Assembly: GCF_006345805.1 (NCBI RefSeq)
Contig: NC_043005.1
Coordinates: forward strand, 48,298,001-48,362,000
Source of the DNA: Octopus sinensis
Lineage: Eukaryota
Length of the DNA stretch: 64,000 bases
Direction of reading: 5' to 3'
Within the stretch, counting starts at the first letter, position 1. Each line of letters opens with the position of its first letter. Both the position numbers and the translations under genes were made by a program. The notes beneath the pieces were generated by a model. It was given only the letters and a program-made list of their open reading frames with translations. It was not told the DNA's origin and did not search any database. Shown in pieces: positions 1 through 13,104 of this stretch.

Positions 1-269
1 GTATGTGTGTGTGTGTGTCTATATGTGTATGTGTGTGCGTGCGCTTATTTGTTTATATATGTGTATATATTTGAATAAACATACATATATGTGCATATAT
101 ATTATATATAATGCATTTATTATAAATATATATATATATATATATTGAACATGTATATGTTTATATATGCATATTTGTATATGTGCGTACACGTACCTAT
201 GTGTAGATATTACTTCAAGAAATGTTTAGCAGTTGCAGCAGTTTTTTGGGGTTTTTTTTTTTTTTGCAA

Positions 270-1050
270 AAATTGAAACCAATATATTCTCCTTCACTGT
301 TCACAACTTCTTGCTAAAGTTCCACTAGCTTTTCAAAGTCTTGACTCGAAGAATTCAGCGCGCCATGCTTTCAATTCCAAGTTGCTGGTGAACAGGACGC
401 CTCGCAAACCGGTGGAAGGCGACTTGTAAAACGTGATAATCTGAAGTTGATGCATCAAGAAAATTCAATGGCTGCAGTAGAGCTTCCCGACTGAACTCTT
501 GAATAACATTTTTTTAGCAAATTAGCGAGGTTGTGTGTACGTTGTCGTGTTGAAGAAGCCCGCCCTGTCGCCGGCGGCCAGCCGGCTCGTTTGGACCTTT
601 ACCATCCAGTGAATGCGATGGATGACGGCACCATGAGAGCATCCTATCGCTGAATTAATTCTATAGTGGATTGATGAGGATTCTCGTGGATGAGCTCGTT
701 CAGTTGATCCTCATTGAACTGAACAAGTCTGTCGGAACTCGAAGAGTCTCAGCGGTAGAATTTCCCCTCTCTGAAGCGTAAAGACCATTTGAGTGCAGCG
801 CTTTCAGTAATAGAGCATTCTCTCTTCACAAAACAAACGTTTAGAGCGGATTTAGCAGTTTCTGAACCTTGATTGAAGATATTTAAGTGTCGAAAATGCT
901 CGCTATTTTTTTCTGTTTGACATTCCATTGTTATGTATCTGAAAACAGATAAAATTCATTCAAATTTCAAAATCGTAATGGCGATAAAAATATCGTTCGT
1001 GTTAATTCAAATAAGATTAGAAAGGGAAAGAATTTATCTGACACACCAAT
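270..1050 (-). mobile_element. Degenerate, internally deleted mariner (DD34D) transposon
   Basis: Manual minus-strand translation: MECQTEKNSEHFRHL...FNEDQLNELIHENPHQST (N-terminal HTH), LLQHDN-(34 aa)-SDYH (D34D spacing, 550-430), C-terminal EKLVE*QEVVNSEGEYI. Several stops; the segment carrying the first catalytic Asp is missing. Confidence 0.85.
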
Positions 1051-1059
1051 ATATACATA

Positions 1060-1445
1060 CACACACACCACACACACACACACCACACACACACAACACA
1101 CACACACACACACACACACACATTATTATAATTAGTATTATTATCATTATCATTACTACTACTACTACTACTACTACTAGTAGTAGTAGTAGTAGTAGTA
1201 GTAGTAATGGCGGCGAGCTGCCAGAAACGTAAGCAAGTCGGGCAAAATGCTTAGCGGTGTTTCGTTTGCTGCTACGTTCTGAGTGCAAATTCTGCCGAGG
1301 TCGACTTAGCCTTTTGTCCTCTCGGGGTCGATTAAATAAGTACCACTTACGCACTGGGGTCGATGTAATCGACTTAATCCCTTTGTCTGTCATTGTTTGT
1401 CCCCTGTATGTGGGCAGTAAAGAAATAAGTAGTAGTAGTAGTAGC

Positions 1446-1492
<47 letters not shown>

Positions 1493-1878
1493 CAGCAGTA
1501 GCAGCAGCATTTTTCAGAAATAACAGAGACCCACATTCCGACAGTTTCGTGCTAATCATTAATAAAAATATACACATATTCACATTTCGAGTTCTATTTT
1601 ACCTCTTAGCAGGTAAATCTATACCTATGTATATATTTATTTTCTTTTTTTCTTTTACTTGTTTCAGTCATTTGACTTCGGCCATGCTGGAGCACCGCCT
1701 TTAGTCGAACAAATAGCCCATAGGACTTATTCTTTGCAAGCCTTGTAATATTCTGTCGGTCTCTTTTGCCGAACCGCTAAGTTACGGGGATGTAAACACG
1801 CCAACATTGGTTGTCAAGCGTTGGTGGGAGAGACAAACACACAAATACATACATACATACATACATACATACATACAT

Positions 1879-1917
<39 letters not shown>

Positions 1918-2012
1918 CAGACACACACACACAAACACACAGACACACACACACACACACAACACACACACACACCACACAATTATTAAATTAGTATTAT
2001 TATCATTATCAT

Positions 2013-2050
<38 letters not shown>

Positions 2051-2327
2051 GTAGTAGTAGTGTAGTAGTAGTAGTAGTAATGGCGGCGAGCTGCCAGAAA
2101 CGTAAGCAAGTCGGGCAAAATGCTTAGCGGTGTTTCGTTTGCTGCTACGTTCTGAGTGCAAATTCTGCCGAGGTCGACTTAGCCTTTTGTCCTCTCGGGG
2201 TCGATTAAATAAGTACCACTTACGCACTGGGGTCGATATAATAAACTTAATCCTTTTGTCTATCCTTGTTTGTCCCCTCTATGTGGGCAGTAAAGAAATA
2301 AGTAGTAGTAGTAGTAGTAGTAGTAGT

Positions 2328-2366
<39 letters not shown>

Positions 2367-2758
2367 CAGCAGTAGCAGCAGCATTTTTCAGAAATAACAG
2401 AGACCCACATTCCGACAGTTTCGTGCTAATCATTAATAAAAATATACACATATTCACATTTCGAGTTCTATTTTACCTCTTAGCAGGTAAATCTATACCT
2501 ATGTATATATTTATTTTCTTTTTTTCTTTTACTTGTTTCAGTCATTTGACTTCGGCCATGCTGGAGCACCGCCTTTAGTCGAACAAATAGCCCATAGGAA
2601 TTATTCTTTGCAAGCCTTGTAATATTCTGTCGGTCTCTTTTGCCGAACCGCTAAGTTACGGGGATGTAAACACGCCAACATTGGTTGTCAAGCGTTGGTG
2701 GGAGGGACAAACACACAATACATACATACATACATCATACATACATACATACATACAT

Positions 2759-2793
<35 letters not shown>

Positions 2794-2870
2794 ACCACAC
2801 ACACACACACAAACACACAGACACACACCACACACACACACCACACCACACACATATATATATGTATATT
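1060..2870 (+). repeat. Tandem duplication, period about 873 bp (SINE A + unique spacer + SINE B 3' half)
   Basis: SINE A heads at 1209 and 2082; the non-SINE spacer acagagacccacattccgacagtttcgtgctaatc is present in both units, with a few substitutions. Confidence 0.9.
1209..1427 (+). mobile_element. tRNA-derived SINE family A (A1 subtype) inserted in (AGT)n
   Basis: Head ggcggcgagctgccagaaacg, B-box-like gagtgcaaattc, core gtcgacttagccttt...ggggtcgattaaataagtacc, tail aaagaaata; the same sequence recurs more than 15 times in the window. Confidence 0.85.
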
Positions 2871-2935
2871 TAATGTAGGATAACATTTTTTTTCGAAAAA
2901 AAGTTTATCAATGACCAAAATTTAACCTTTAAAGG

Positions 2936-2981
<46 letters not shown>

Positions 2982-3009
2982 TATATATATGTGTGTGTTG
3001 TGTGTGTGT

Positions 3010-3213
3010 ACGACGGGCTTCTTTCACTTCCCGTCTGCCAAATCTACTCACAAGACTTTGGTCGGTCGGATGATATAGTAGTAGACACTTGCCTAAGGTG
3101 CCTAGTAGTGGGACTCAGCCCCTGAACCCGGAACTATGTGGTTGAGAAGCAAGCTTCTTACCACGCAGCTACACCTGCACCTATATCTATATCTATCTAT
3201 CTATCTATCTATC

Positions 3214-3251
<38 letters not shown>

Positions 3252-3504
3252 TTATCTATCTGTCGATCTATTTATCTTTATATCTCTATATATATTTATA
3301 CTTGTTTCAGTCATCTGATTGTCTGATTGCGGCCATGCTGCAGCACCGCCTTTAGTCGAACAAATCGACACCAGAACATATTCTTTTTAAGCCTAGTACT
3401 TATTCTATCAGTCTATTTTGCCGAACCACTAAGTTATGGGGACGTTTACACACCAACATTGGTTGTCGAGCGATGGTGGAGGAGGAACACAGACACACAC
3501 ACAC

Positions 3505-3520
<16 letters not shown>
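3010..3520 (-). mobile_element. SINE family B, split by a (TATC)n tract
   Basis: 5' half at 3010-3180 and 3' half at 3295-3520 match the reverse complement of the copy at 12221-12583. Confidence 0.7.
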
Positions 3521-3551
<31 letters not shown>

Positions 3552-3718
3552 TATATACATATATGTATGTATATATGGATGCATATGCATGTATGGATGT
3601 ATGGATGTACGTACGTACACATGTATGTATGCATATACATGTATACATATGTATATACATACATACATGTGTAAGTACGTACGTACATACACACATCCAT
3701 ACATACATAGGCATATAA

Positions 3719-3754
<36 letters not shown>

Positions 3755-5825
3755 GAATCTAGCAACTGTATGCATATATACTTGTACATGTGCTTGTGTA
3801 TTCTTGTGGCTGCATGCGTATATGTGTATTGTATATCTATGTATGTTCTGCATTTTGTGGGAAGGTGACGGTGGTGGAGTTGGTTGGGATGGCAGAACCC
3901 CGAATTTCATATTAAACAGTCAGTTCTACGGCACCTTTCTTGATCATCGTTACACATATCCTGCTAGGGGCTACTTAGTCTTTCATTTCTCTGAAATCAA
4001 TAAAATAAGCACTTATAAAGCACTGATGTTGATTCTCACAACTGTACCTCACCGCTGAATATATTGGTCATCTGTCTTGTCAAAAGAACGATCCTCCTTT
4101 CTTTCTCCTCTCACTGTCCCTGTCTTTCTCTCAATTGATGAGAGAAAGACAGATTTTGTATGCGTGTATGGCTGTGTCTGTATTTTTTTAATCATATTTC
4201 TATACAAACATTTGTATTTATTTATTTAAACATTTATACACACACGCACATATATATATAAGCGTATGTATGTATAGCTAATCTACGAAGAATTTCAATA
4301 TGAAGCAGAACAGAAATTGAGTGTAAAATTTCATTGTATTTGATAATATTGGCACTGAAGAAAGGGTGGGAATGTTAGTTTAAATCATAAACAATGAAAC
4401 AAAACCCATTGCAATAGTGTTAAATGATGACAAGTTTGGTTGAGATATCAGCTTTCCAAACACACAATACTGCTTCTGAAGCCAATTTCATAAACTTCTA
4501 GAAACTTTTAATTCCTTACATCTTCTCAGACAAACAAAAGACAATGACAGTTTGTAGAATAAGTTATTCACTGTCTGTATCAAACTATGCATTTATATCA
4601 TATGCAGTTACAGTGCAACTTGAAATAACACTATCTCTGTGGAGAGTACACATCTGACTTTTGTTACTGGCATTGTCATTGGGTTCAAAGAGCAGATCTT
4701 ATTGCTTGCTTTTGTTAATAGTTGATTTCTTTGTGTAAGGAACGTATAAAGTAGCCTTCATAGTGAACAGTTTAACTGGAGACTTCCTTCTTTAAACTGT
4801 AAGAAGCTTTTGTGGCTGCAGAGACAATTGATGTCATGTGTGTATTGGCATCAATATTTGGACAACATACATGTAAAAATAAATTTTGGCAGTTTGCTCT
4901 GGATATGTTAAAGGTTGTAGCCGACAGGTACCAAATTCATACGAGCCATTAAAAGAAGTGATTTTATAAATCAGTTCTCCAAATGCCGTAAATTTGCAAT
5001 CATTACTGAAACGAAATACCATCTTTAGTTTTATTTCAGAAGACATTACAGAATGTAACAATCGCTTTGCTATAAGTTCTTGTATAAACACGAACGGAAA
5101 GTGGATTAAGATAACAGTATATGCAAATGAAGCCAAAGGCCATATGCTAATTATGAAGAGCTCCACGTCACTATAGAGGAATTAGCTGAAAATTGTTTTG
5201 CTTCTTTGATCCACTCAGATTTTATTGAAATTAATTTTGTGATAGCATTTTTTAAGGTGATACCTGATGCTGAATATCAGCTTCAGTATATTAAAGGGAA
5301 ATAAGTATGATATTAAATTCAACCAGATTGGTGATGTAGACGGGAGACTTGTTGGTCAGAAATTCGTACGATGCAAGAAATATCTGACAATTTCACTACA
5401 AGTACCTTTTGTCTTTCTTCAATAAACTTGCAGTTCACGAATTTCCAAGACTTTCATCTGCGATTTAGTTGGCCTACAAAACGTAGTGAACCAAAATGAA
5501 TTCTTATGCAACTGAAATTAAAACCGTGACAAGAAGAAAAAACCTCACTAGCGTTGATATCAATTCTTATAAAAGAAGGGTAAGGAGGAGGTGCCACAAT
5601 TTAAATTCATTAAAAATTTAATGATGATTTGTGGTGGTGATGAGTTTGATCATTGGTAGATTGAGTGGCAACTCTAGATATGTTAATCTGTGTTAGGTGC
5701 GGTCATCTTTCTCTGCTAGGAATCTTAACTTTAAAATATGATCAATTACGGATTAGTTGGCAATACGATTTCTTGATAAATATGTTGCAGATATACTGCA
5801 GTGATTTTATTGTGATTAATTCAGA

Positions 5826-6127
5826 TGAAGGCGCGTAGCTTTGTGCTTAGCGTATTCGGCTTGCTATCGTAATGTCGTGAGCTTGATTCCCGGTGACGCA
5901 ACACATTTTATTTCATGCTGCTCCAGTCCACTCAACTGGCAAAAGTGAGTAGTACCTGTGTTTCAAAGGACCAGTCTTATCACATCCTATGTCACGCTGA
6001 ATCACTCTGAAAACTATGTTAAGATGTCTGTGGAGTGTTCAGCCACTTGCATGTTCATTTCATAAGCGGGTTGTGTCCGTTGATCGGATCAGCTGGAATC
6101 CTCGTCGTCGTAACTGAAGGTGTGCCA
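5826..6127 (+). mobile_element. SINE family C (C head + C tail)
   Basis: tRNA-like head tgaaggcgcgtagct...gattcccgg, then ctccagtccactcaactggc, tail ctcgtcgtcgtaactgaaggtgtgcca; homologous to 12781-13104. Confidence 0.75.
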
Positions 6128-6284
6128 GGTTAATTTAGGTCCATGAGAAATGTTGATTGGATTAATGAGATCATCTGCTCTTTCTGAACTGAACCATGAG
6201 ACATTCTTTAATTATGGAATCCTCTAGGAAAATGAACGAAAGAAATGTTCAAAAGCAGAATTTAATGTATTTCATTATATAGTG

Positions 6285-6849
6285 CAGGGATCGGCGAACC
6301 AGGGTAAATTACCACAAGTGGGATAAAAATGAAATTCTTGGGGTAATGAGGACTCATTAGACATAAGTAAAATTATATATTATTCCTTGTTACAACAGAA
6401 TATTTTCTTCTGGCATCAGGAGGCAATCAAAAAGTTGCTACCTTTGGCAACAACTTACCTTTGTAAAGGTAAGATTTTCCACTCTAATGAACATAAAAAC
6501 AAAACAGAGAAGCCGATTGGATCCTGAAAATTGTATCCAAATTGCTCTGGCATCAAAATGCCCCAATTTAGATGTAACTGTAACAAGAATGAAACAACAT
6601 CATATCTCCAAAACTTGATGTGAAAATTTTCTAGAAGAATCCTTTTGTTTCATAATGAGAATATAAATTTATTTTATCGCATTTGTTTTATACTTTATAT
6701 ATTTATAATTGTATTCTCCATATAAATAGATTCAATAAACCTTTTGAATTCAAAGAATCTATGATTTTCTTCGTTTCAAACCAGGGGGATAATGTTGGCA
6801 TAAATAAATATATTTGGGGATAATTGGTTAAAAAGTTCCCCAACCCCTC
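6285..6849 (+). mobile_element. Internally deleted hAT (Charlie/Buster-like) DNA transposon
   Basis: Degenerate TIRs (cagggatcggcgaacc / gttccccaacccctc), 8-bp TSD atatagtg/atctagtg, and a C-terminal dimerisation-domain relic LLPLATTYLC...TLMNIKTKQRSRLDPENCIQIALAS at 6436-6618. Confidence 0.85.
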
Positions 6850-7133
6850 ATCTAGTGTTATCCTTCTGTACACATACAACTAGTATTACATTTATCTTTT
6901 AATCTCACCAAGTTGATAAAATATAAACTGCTTATGTTTAGCATTTGATCCAAATGTGTATGCAAGCGTGACTGGTTAGTAAGAAGCTTGCTTCCCATCC
7001 ATAGGTTATCGGGTTCACTCTCGCTACGTGGCACCTTGGACAAATGTCCTGTACTATAGCCTTGGGCCAATTAAATTCCTGTGAGTGGATTTCAAAGATG
7101 GAAACTGAAAGAAGCCCCTTCGTGTATTTAATT

Positions 7134-7359
7134 GAATAAGTCCTATGGGCTATTTGTTCGACTAAAGGCGGTGCTCCAGCATGGCCGAAGTCAAATGACT
7201 GAAACAAGTAAAAGAAAAAAATTAAATAAATATATATATAGGTATATATTTACCTGCTAAGAGGTAAAATAGAACTCGAAATGTGAATATGTGTATATTT
7301 TTATTAATGATTAGCACGAAACTGTCGGACTGTGGGTCTCTGTTATTTCTGAACAATGT

Positions 7360-7441
<82 letters not shown>

Positions 7442-7635
7442 GCTACTACTACTACTACTTATTTCTTTACTGCCCACATACAGGGGACAAACAATGACAG
7501 ACAAAGGGATTAAGTCGATTACATCGACCCCAGTGCGTAAGTGGTACTTATTTAATCGACCCCGAAAGGACGAAAGGCTAAGTCGACCTCGGCAGAACTT
7601 GCACTCAGAACGTAGCAGCAGATGAAACACCGCTA
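7134..7635 (-). repeat. Inverted duplicate of 1252-1732
   Basis: Reverse complement includes the unique spacer and shares unit-1 variants (gatgtaatcgac, ctgtcattg, cctgtatgtg). Confidence 0.9.
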
Positions 7636-7984
7636 TATATCAATATAACATCTTACTGAAATAGGGATACGGAAGAAGAAGAAGGTATAAATTTCGGGGC
7701 TTCAGTATTTTAATTAACCATGACATACAAATTATAATCTGTCTCTAGGCCAAAATAACTTTTGGGGAGAAGAGGAAGTGTTGGACATAGTCTCTACACT
7801 TAGAAAAAAAAACAAAGAATTTTTGCCGCTGTTGGTGAAAAATTGCCAAAAACGTCTGATATTCTTCTCCTAACAGCATATGACGTTAAGTTTACATTCT
7901 ATCAATAAATACCAAACACAAATATTCACCAATTTTTAGTTTCATTTACACACACAGACACACATACTCACACACACTAGCACA

Positions 7985-8049
<65 letters not shown>

Positions 8050-8118
8050 GCGTAGATATCGAAAAATAAAAATGAGTCCTTAACAACACATTGGTGCATG
8101 CAGATTCTTTATTCGTGT

Positions 8119-8300
8119 ATTAGTTTCATATTAAAAGATATCTCAACAATTCTTCAACCCAATCACATAAAAATTGGTGTTTGCTCGTTTCCATTTTGGA
8201 TTAAATGTTTTAGTCCAAAATGGAGATGAACACCAATTTTTGTATGTGATCGGCTTGAAGAATTGTTGAGATATTCTCTTACATGAAACCGATGGTAGCT
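8119..8300. repeat. Imperfect fold-back palindrome (about 90-bp arms), MITE-like
   Basis: gatatctcaacaattcttcaa...ccattttgga pairs with tccaaaatgg...ttgaagaattgttgagatat. Confidence 0.7.
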
Positions 8301-8570
8301 TTCAAATATATGTAACTAAAAACTAGTGAATATTTTTGTATACCCTGAACGTATATATACTCATACTTTGAATTCTATTTTTCCTGTTTGTATCACCAAA
8401 TGTATATGTGTGTATGTATGTGTGTGTGTGTGTGTTTAAGTGTAAATATGTATGTATATATATGAGTGTTTGTATATTATATGTATATATGTGTGTGTAT
8501 GCACACACGCACACACACACATGTCTTTTATCTTTTACTTGCTGCATACATTTGACTGCAGGTATTACGG

Positions 8571-8797
8571 GGCGAGCTGGCAGAAACGTTAGCACGCCGG
8601 GCGAAATGCTTAGCGGTATTTCGTCTGCGTTACGTTGTGAGTTCAAATTCCGCCGAGGTCGACTTTGCCTTTCATCCTTTCGGGGTCGATAAATTAAGCA
8701 CCAGTTACGAACTGGGGTCGATGTAATCGACTTAATACCTATGTCTGTCCTTGTTTGTTCCCTCTGTGTTTGGCCCCTTGTGGGTAATAAAGAAATA
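8571..8797 (+). mobile_element. SINE A1 inserted into a degraded SINE B tail, 13-bp TSD
   Basis: TSD ggtattacggggc at 8561-8573 and 8798-8810; the flanks rejoin as catttgactgc...gcaccgcc (SINE B tail, minus strand). Confidence 0.9.
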
Positions 8798-8997
8798 GGT
8801 ATTACGGGGCACCGCCTTCGTTTTTCATCCGTAAAAACGAGAATATATGTAAAGTAGTACTGGGGAACACACACACACTTACAAATGCACACGCACACGC
8901 ACACACACTTGGACACGCACACACACACACACACGCACGCACATGTGCACACACACAAATTGTAAAAGAATATAAAAAATAAAAGTTAACATAACCA

Positions 8998-9062
8998 CAG
9001 CGGTGGTGCCCTAGCATGGCCGCGGCCTTCGGGCTAAAACACTTTTAAGGAGTTAAGGATTT
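8998..9062 (+). mobile_element. Isolated CR1-group-like 3' tail fragment
   Basis: ggtggtgccctagcatggccgcggcc-ttcg-ggctaaaacac followed by a ttaagga repeat; same layout as the LINE tail at 50625-50700. Confidence 0.5.
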
Positions 9063-9140
9063 ATAATGCGTTTATTCCTCAGTTTACAATTGTTTCAATT
9101 AAGCCAATCTTACATCATGCCATTGCTATGTCACAATTAC

Positions 9141-9265
9141 TTATCACCATGTACTATGGAATACTTTCATGATGGCCGGCCTTACTGAACCCTGCTATAA
9201 AGCAGTAAACCGAGTTGACTTCGGCATGGGCTGTCATGAAAAGATTCCACAGTACATGGAGATAA
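9141..9265. repeat. Fold-back element with about 37-bp arms enclosing two small hairpins
   Basis: ttatcaccatgtactatggaatactttcatgatggcc pairs with ggctgtcatgaaaagattccacagtacatggagataa. Confidence 0.7.
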
Positions 9266-9570
9266 ACCAGTGACTGTTGACAGCGATGGTATGACGCAAG
9301 ATTGGTTTAATTGAAATTAATGAAACAGAAACTAATGAAACTAAGTAACACACATAGTTAGCTGACTCCATTCTTCGATATTCTTGTATTATATAAGAAC
9401 TCATGATGCTTTGTGGATTTTCTGGTTACTGGTGCACTGATATCCTGTGAAACATTCCCACATTTCAACTTTCAGAGAATCACCATCCGTTTCAGAGCTT
9501 CATATGTTAAATGCATGGATTACACATCTCAATCCACCTCTTCTCTCTCATTTTTCTCGCTCTCTTTTCA

Positions 9571-9637
<67 letters not shown>

Positions 9638-9682
9638 TTAGGAGTAGATATTACATGTTGATCTTAGCCATAAGACTGTATA

Positions 9683-9720
<38 letters not shown>

Positions 9721-10377
9721 TATAGTATATATATATACTGTATGCACATGTGTGAGTATTGTGTATTTCATTTGTGTAACTATTCCCATAGTATCAAGAT
9801 TTCAATAAATATATCAAATAAGCCTATTTCCTTACTTTTTGTTCTTATTGTAGTGTTTTTAACGTGTTTGTGCGTCTGCGTGTGTGTGCATGTACATACG
9901 TATGTATATATGTATGCATGCATTCGTGTAAGTATGTATGTAAGTAAACGGAAGAAACACGCACACGCACATATACACACACATTCCAGTAGAGACCCAG
10001 AGAAACAGAAAGCCAAACGGAGAGAGAAACAGAGAGAGTTGACTTAGAGAGTGGTTAAGGAAAAGGAAACGATTGAGCAGGGTAACAGACCGACACACAA
10101 GAGAAACCATCAGACACATAGACAGACAGACAAACAAAACTATGACATGGAATATTATTAGGTTCAACTCTTAAGAATTAACATAACAGCAGGCATAAAT
10201 CATCTGTATATTGCTTTTTCGTTCTCCACCGCCCTTTTTCACTCCCTTTCTTCCCTCGTCACACCCCCACTATTCCCCACTTTGACACCTTTTTTTCCCT
10301 ATTTTTATCTTTATTAGATCCAACATTCTCCCGACTTACGTCACTCTACTTTGTTCATAGCTTTATCTTTTTTTTTG

Positions 10378-10426
<49 letters not shown>

Positions 10427-10513
10427 GCATTATGGGAAAAATAAGTAAACATAAATTACTATTATTGTTATTTATTTATTATTATTATTATCATCATCAT
10501 CATCATCATCATC

Positions 10514-10554
<41 letters not shown>

Positions 10555-10557
10555 TAT

Positions 10558-11005
10558 GGCGGCAGCGATCTGGCAGAATCGTTAGAAACAACGGACAAAA
10601 TGCTCAGCAGCTTTTCGTCCGTCTTCATCTTCTGATTTCATTCATATTATCCGCCGAAGTCGACTTAGCCTTTCATCCTTTCGGAGTTCGACGAAATAAG
10701 TACCAGTTATGTATTGGGTTCGACATAATCAACTAGCCTCTCACCCCACCTCCACCCCATCCCCATGAAAATTTCAGGCCTTGTGCCTTTCGGTGGTTTC
10801 GATGGCAGGATCGTTAGCCCACCGACAAAATTCTGAGCAGTATTTCGTCGTCCATCTTTTATCTTCTGAGTTCAAATTCTACCGAGGTTGTCTTTGCCTT
10901 TAATCCTTTCGGATTGGGTAAAATAAGTACCAGTTAAACAATGGGGTCGATGCAATCAACAAAACCCTTCCACCGAACTAGCTGGCCTTGTGACAAAGTT
11001 CGAAA
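10558..11005 (+). mobile_element. Two tandem older SINE A2 copies in (ATT)n context
   Basis: Heads at about 10558 and 10790, A core, A2-type tails aaatttcaggccttgtgcc and gctggccttgtgacaaagttcgaaacc. Confidence 0.7.
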
Positions 11006-11028
11006 CCATTATCATTATTATTATTATC

Positions 11029-11104
<76 letters not shown>

Positions 11105-11307
11105 TCAACGCTAGCATCGTCATTATTGTTGTTGTTGGTTTTTTTTCTCTTTTGCAAAATGCACTTTGTGGTAAAAGCGAAAACAAAATAACACGAGATA
11201 AAAAAAAAAAGACGTTAATATTTGGCCAAATAAAACATTATCATTTTATCTTCAACTCATATAATAACATCAATTAATAAGACGTGTGTTTGTGTGTGAG
11301 CGTATAC

Positions 11308-11373
<66 letters not shown>

Positions 11374-11483
11374 CAGACACGCAAGGATGTATACATATAT
11401 ATATATATAAGAATGAATGTTTTTATATATAATGAACGTGAAATACATATATATATATATACACATATATAAGGGAGAGAGTG

Positions 11484-11535
<52 letters not shown>

Positions 11536-12220
11536 CAAGAGATTGTCACACCTCTGATTTTCCAACCCTTCTACCCTGATATCAATACCAGTTTTAGTTT
11601 AGAAAGAAAATACGCCATTATTTCAATTTAGGTTCATTTGAGGATTTTTGCATGCCTTTTTTATAAGTTAATATTTATTATCATTGTTATTATTGTTCCG
11701 GTCTTTCCCCTCGCCTACCCTCGTCTTGCTTTCTTTATTTATCATTTTTTTCTTTTTTGTATGTTCATCTTTTCATTTTTTTAAATTTTTTTCTTCTCTG
11801 CTTACCTCTGTTTTATCTATTTATATATTATCGTTTTTGGCGTGACGTTTCTTTTTCTACCCGTTTCCTTTCCTTCTTTAAAATGAAAAGATAACGAGGT
11901 TACGGGTCAGTGATTACCGAACTTTAAAAATAGCGCTGCAATAACAAATAACAACAATATTATGCTGAACTAATCAGCTTAATTAAGCACAAACAGATAT
12001 CTGGTAATATCAACACGGATGCTATCGCCATCGCCATCGCCATCGTCATCACCCAACACCGACAACGACAGCAACAGCAACAACGACGGCGACCACAACA
12101 GCAGCAACAGCAGCAACAACGACAACAATAATAATAATAATAAATAAAATGATATTTTTATAATAAAAGAAACATGAATATCACAAGAAACATCCTTTAT
12201 ATATTTTGTATGTACATATA

Positions 12221-12583
12221 GGCGTAGGAGTGGCTGTGTGGTAAGTAGCTTGCTAATCAACCACATGGTTCCGGGTTCAGTCGCACTGCGTGGCACCTTG
12301 GTTAAGTGTCTTCTACTATAGCCTCGGGCCGACCAAAGCCTTGTGAGTGGATTTGGTAGACGGAAACTGAAAGAAGCCCGTCGTATATATGTATATATAC
12401 ATATATATGTGTGTTTGTGTATCTGTGTTTGTCCCCCCAACATCGCTTGACAAAAAAAGAGACCGATAAAATAAGTACTAGGCTTACAAAGAATAAGTCC
12501 TGGGATCGATTTGATCGACTAAAGGCGGTGCTCCAGCATGGCCACAGTCACATGACTAAAACAAGTAAAAGAGTAAAAAAGAG
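12221..12583 (+). mobile_element. Near full-length SINE B (tRNA-like head, CORE-like block, internal microsatellite, stem-loop tail)
   Basis: ggcgtaggagtggctgtgtggtaag...ggttcagtc, gtggcaccttggttaagtgtc (CORE-like), internal (TA)/(TG), tail ggcggtgctccagcatggccacagtcacatgactaaaacaagtaaaagag. Confidence 0.85.
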
Positions 12584-12780
12584 TATATAGGCGCAGGCGT
12601 AGGTGCGAAGAAGTTTGCATCCCAACCACATAGTGCCGGGTTAAGTTCCACGACGTGGCACCTTGGGCAAGTATGCCAAGCAGACCAAAGCCTTGTGAGT
12701 AAATTTAGTAGACTGAAACTGAAAGAAGTTCATCGTATGTGCGTTTGTGTGTGTGTGTGTGAGTGTGTGTGTGTGTGTGT

Positions 12781-13104
12781 GTGAAGGTGCATGGCTTAGT
12801 GGTTAGGGGCATTTGGCTCATTATCGTGAGGTCGTGAGTTCAATTCCCGGCGGCGCATTGTATCCTTGAGCAAGACACTTTATTTCCTGTTGCTCCAGTC
12901 CACTCAGCTGACAAAAGTGAGTTGTACCTGTAGTTCAAAGGGCCAGCCTTGTCACGCACTGTGTCACGCTGAATCTCTCCGAGAACTACGTTAAAGGTAC
13001 ACGTGTTTGTGGAATGCCCAGCCACTTGCACGTTAATTTCACGAGCAAGCTGTTCCGTTGATCGTATCAGCTAGGACCTTCGTCATCGCAACCGAGGGAG
13101 TGCT
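12781..13104 (+). mobile_element. SINE C nested in the internal microsatellite of a SINE B
   Basis: A-box tggcttagtgg, B-box gagttcaattccc; B 5' part at 12590-12780 and B 3' part at 13140-13350 flank it. Confidence 0.8.

Noticed and set aside
4330-5560. Unique sequence with 60-110-codon ORFs (4834-5166, 4994-5176)
   Set aside because: No recognisable domain, stops in all frames nearby, no convincing splice context.
12536-12570. SINE B tail stem-loop + GAAAC..GUA as a hammerhead
   Set aside because: No CUGANGA upstream; better explained as a LINE-type 3' recognition stem-loop.
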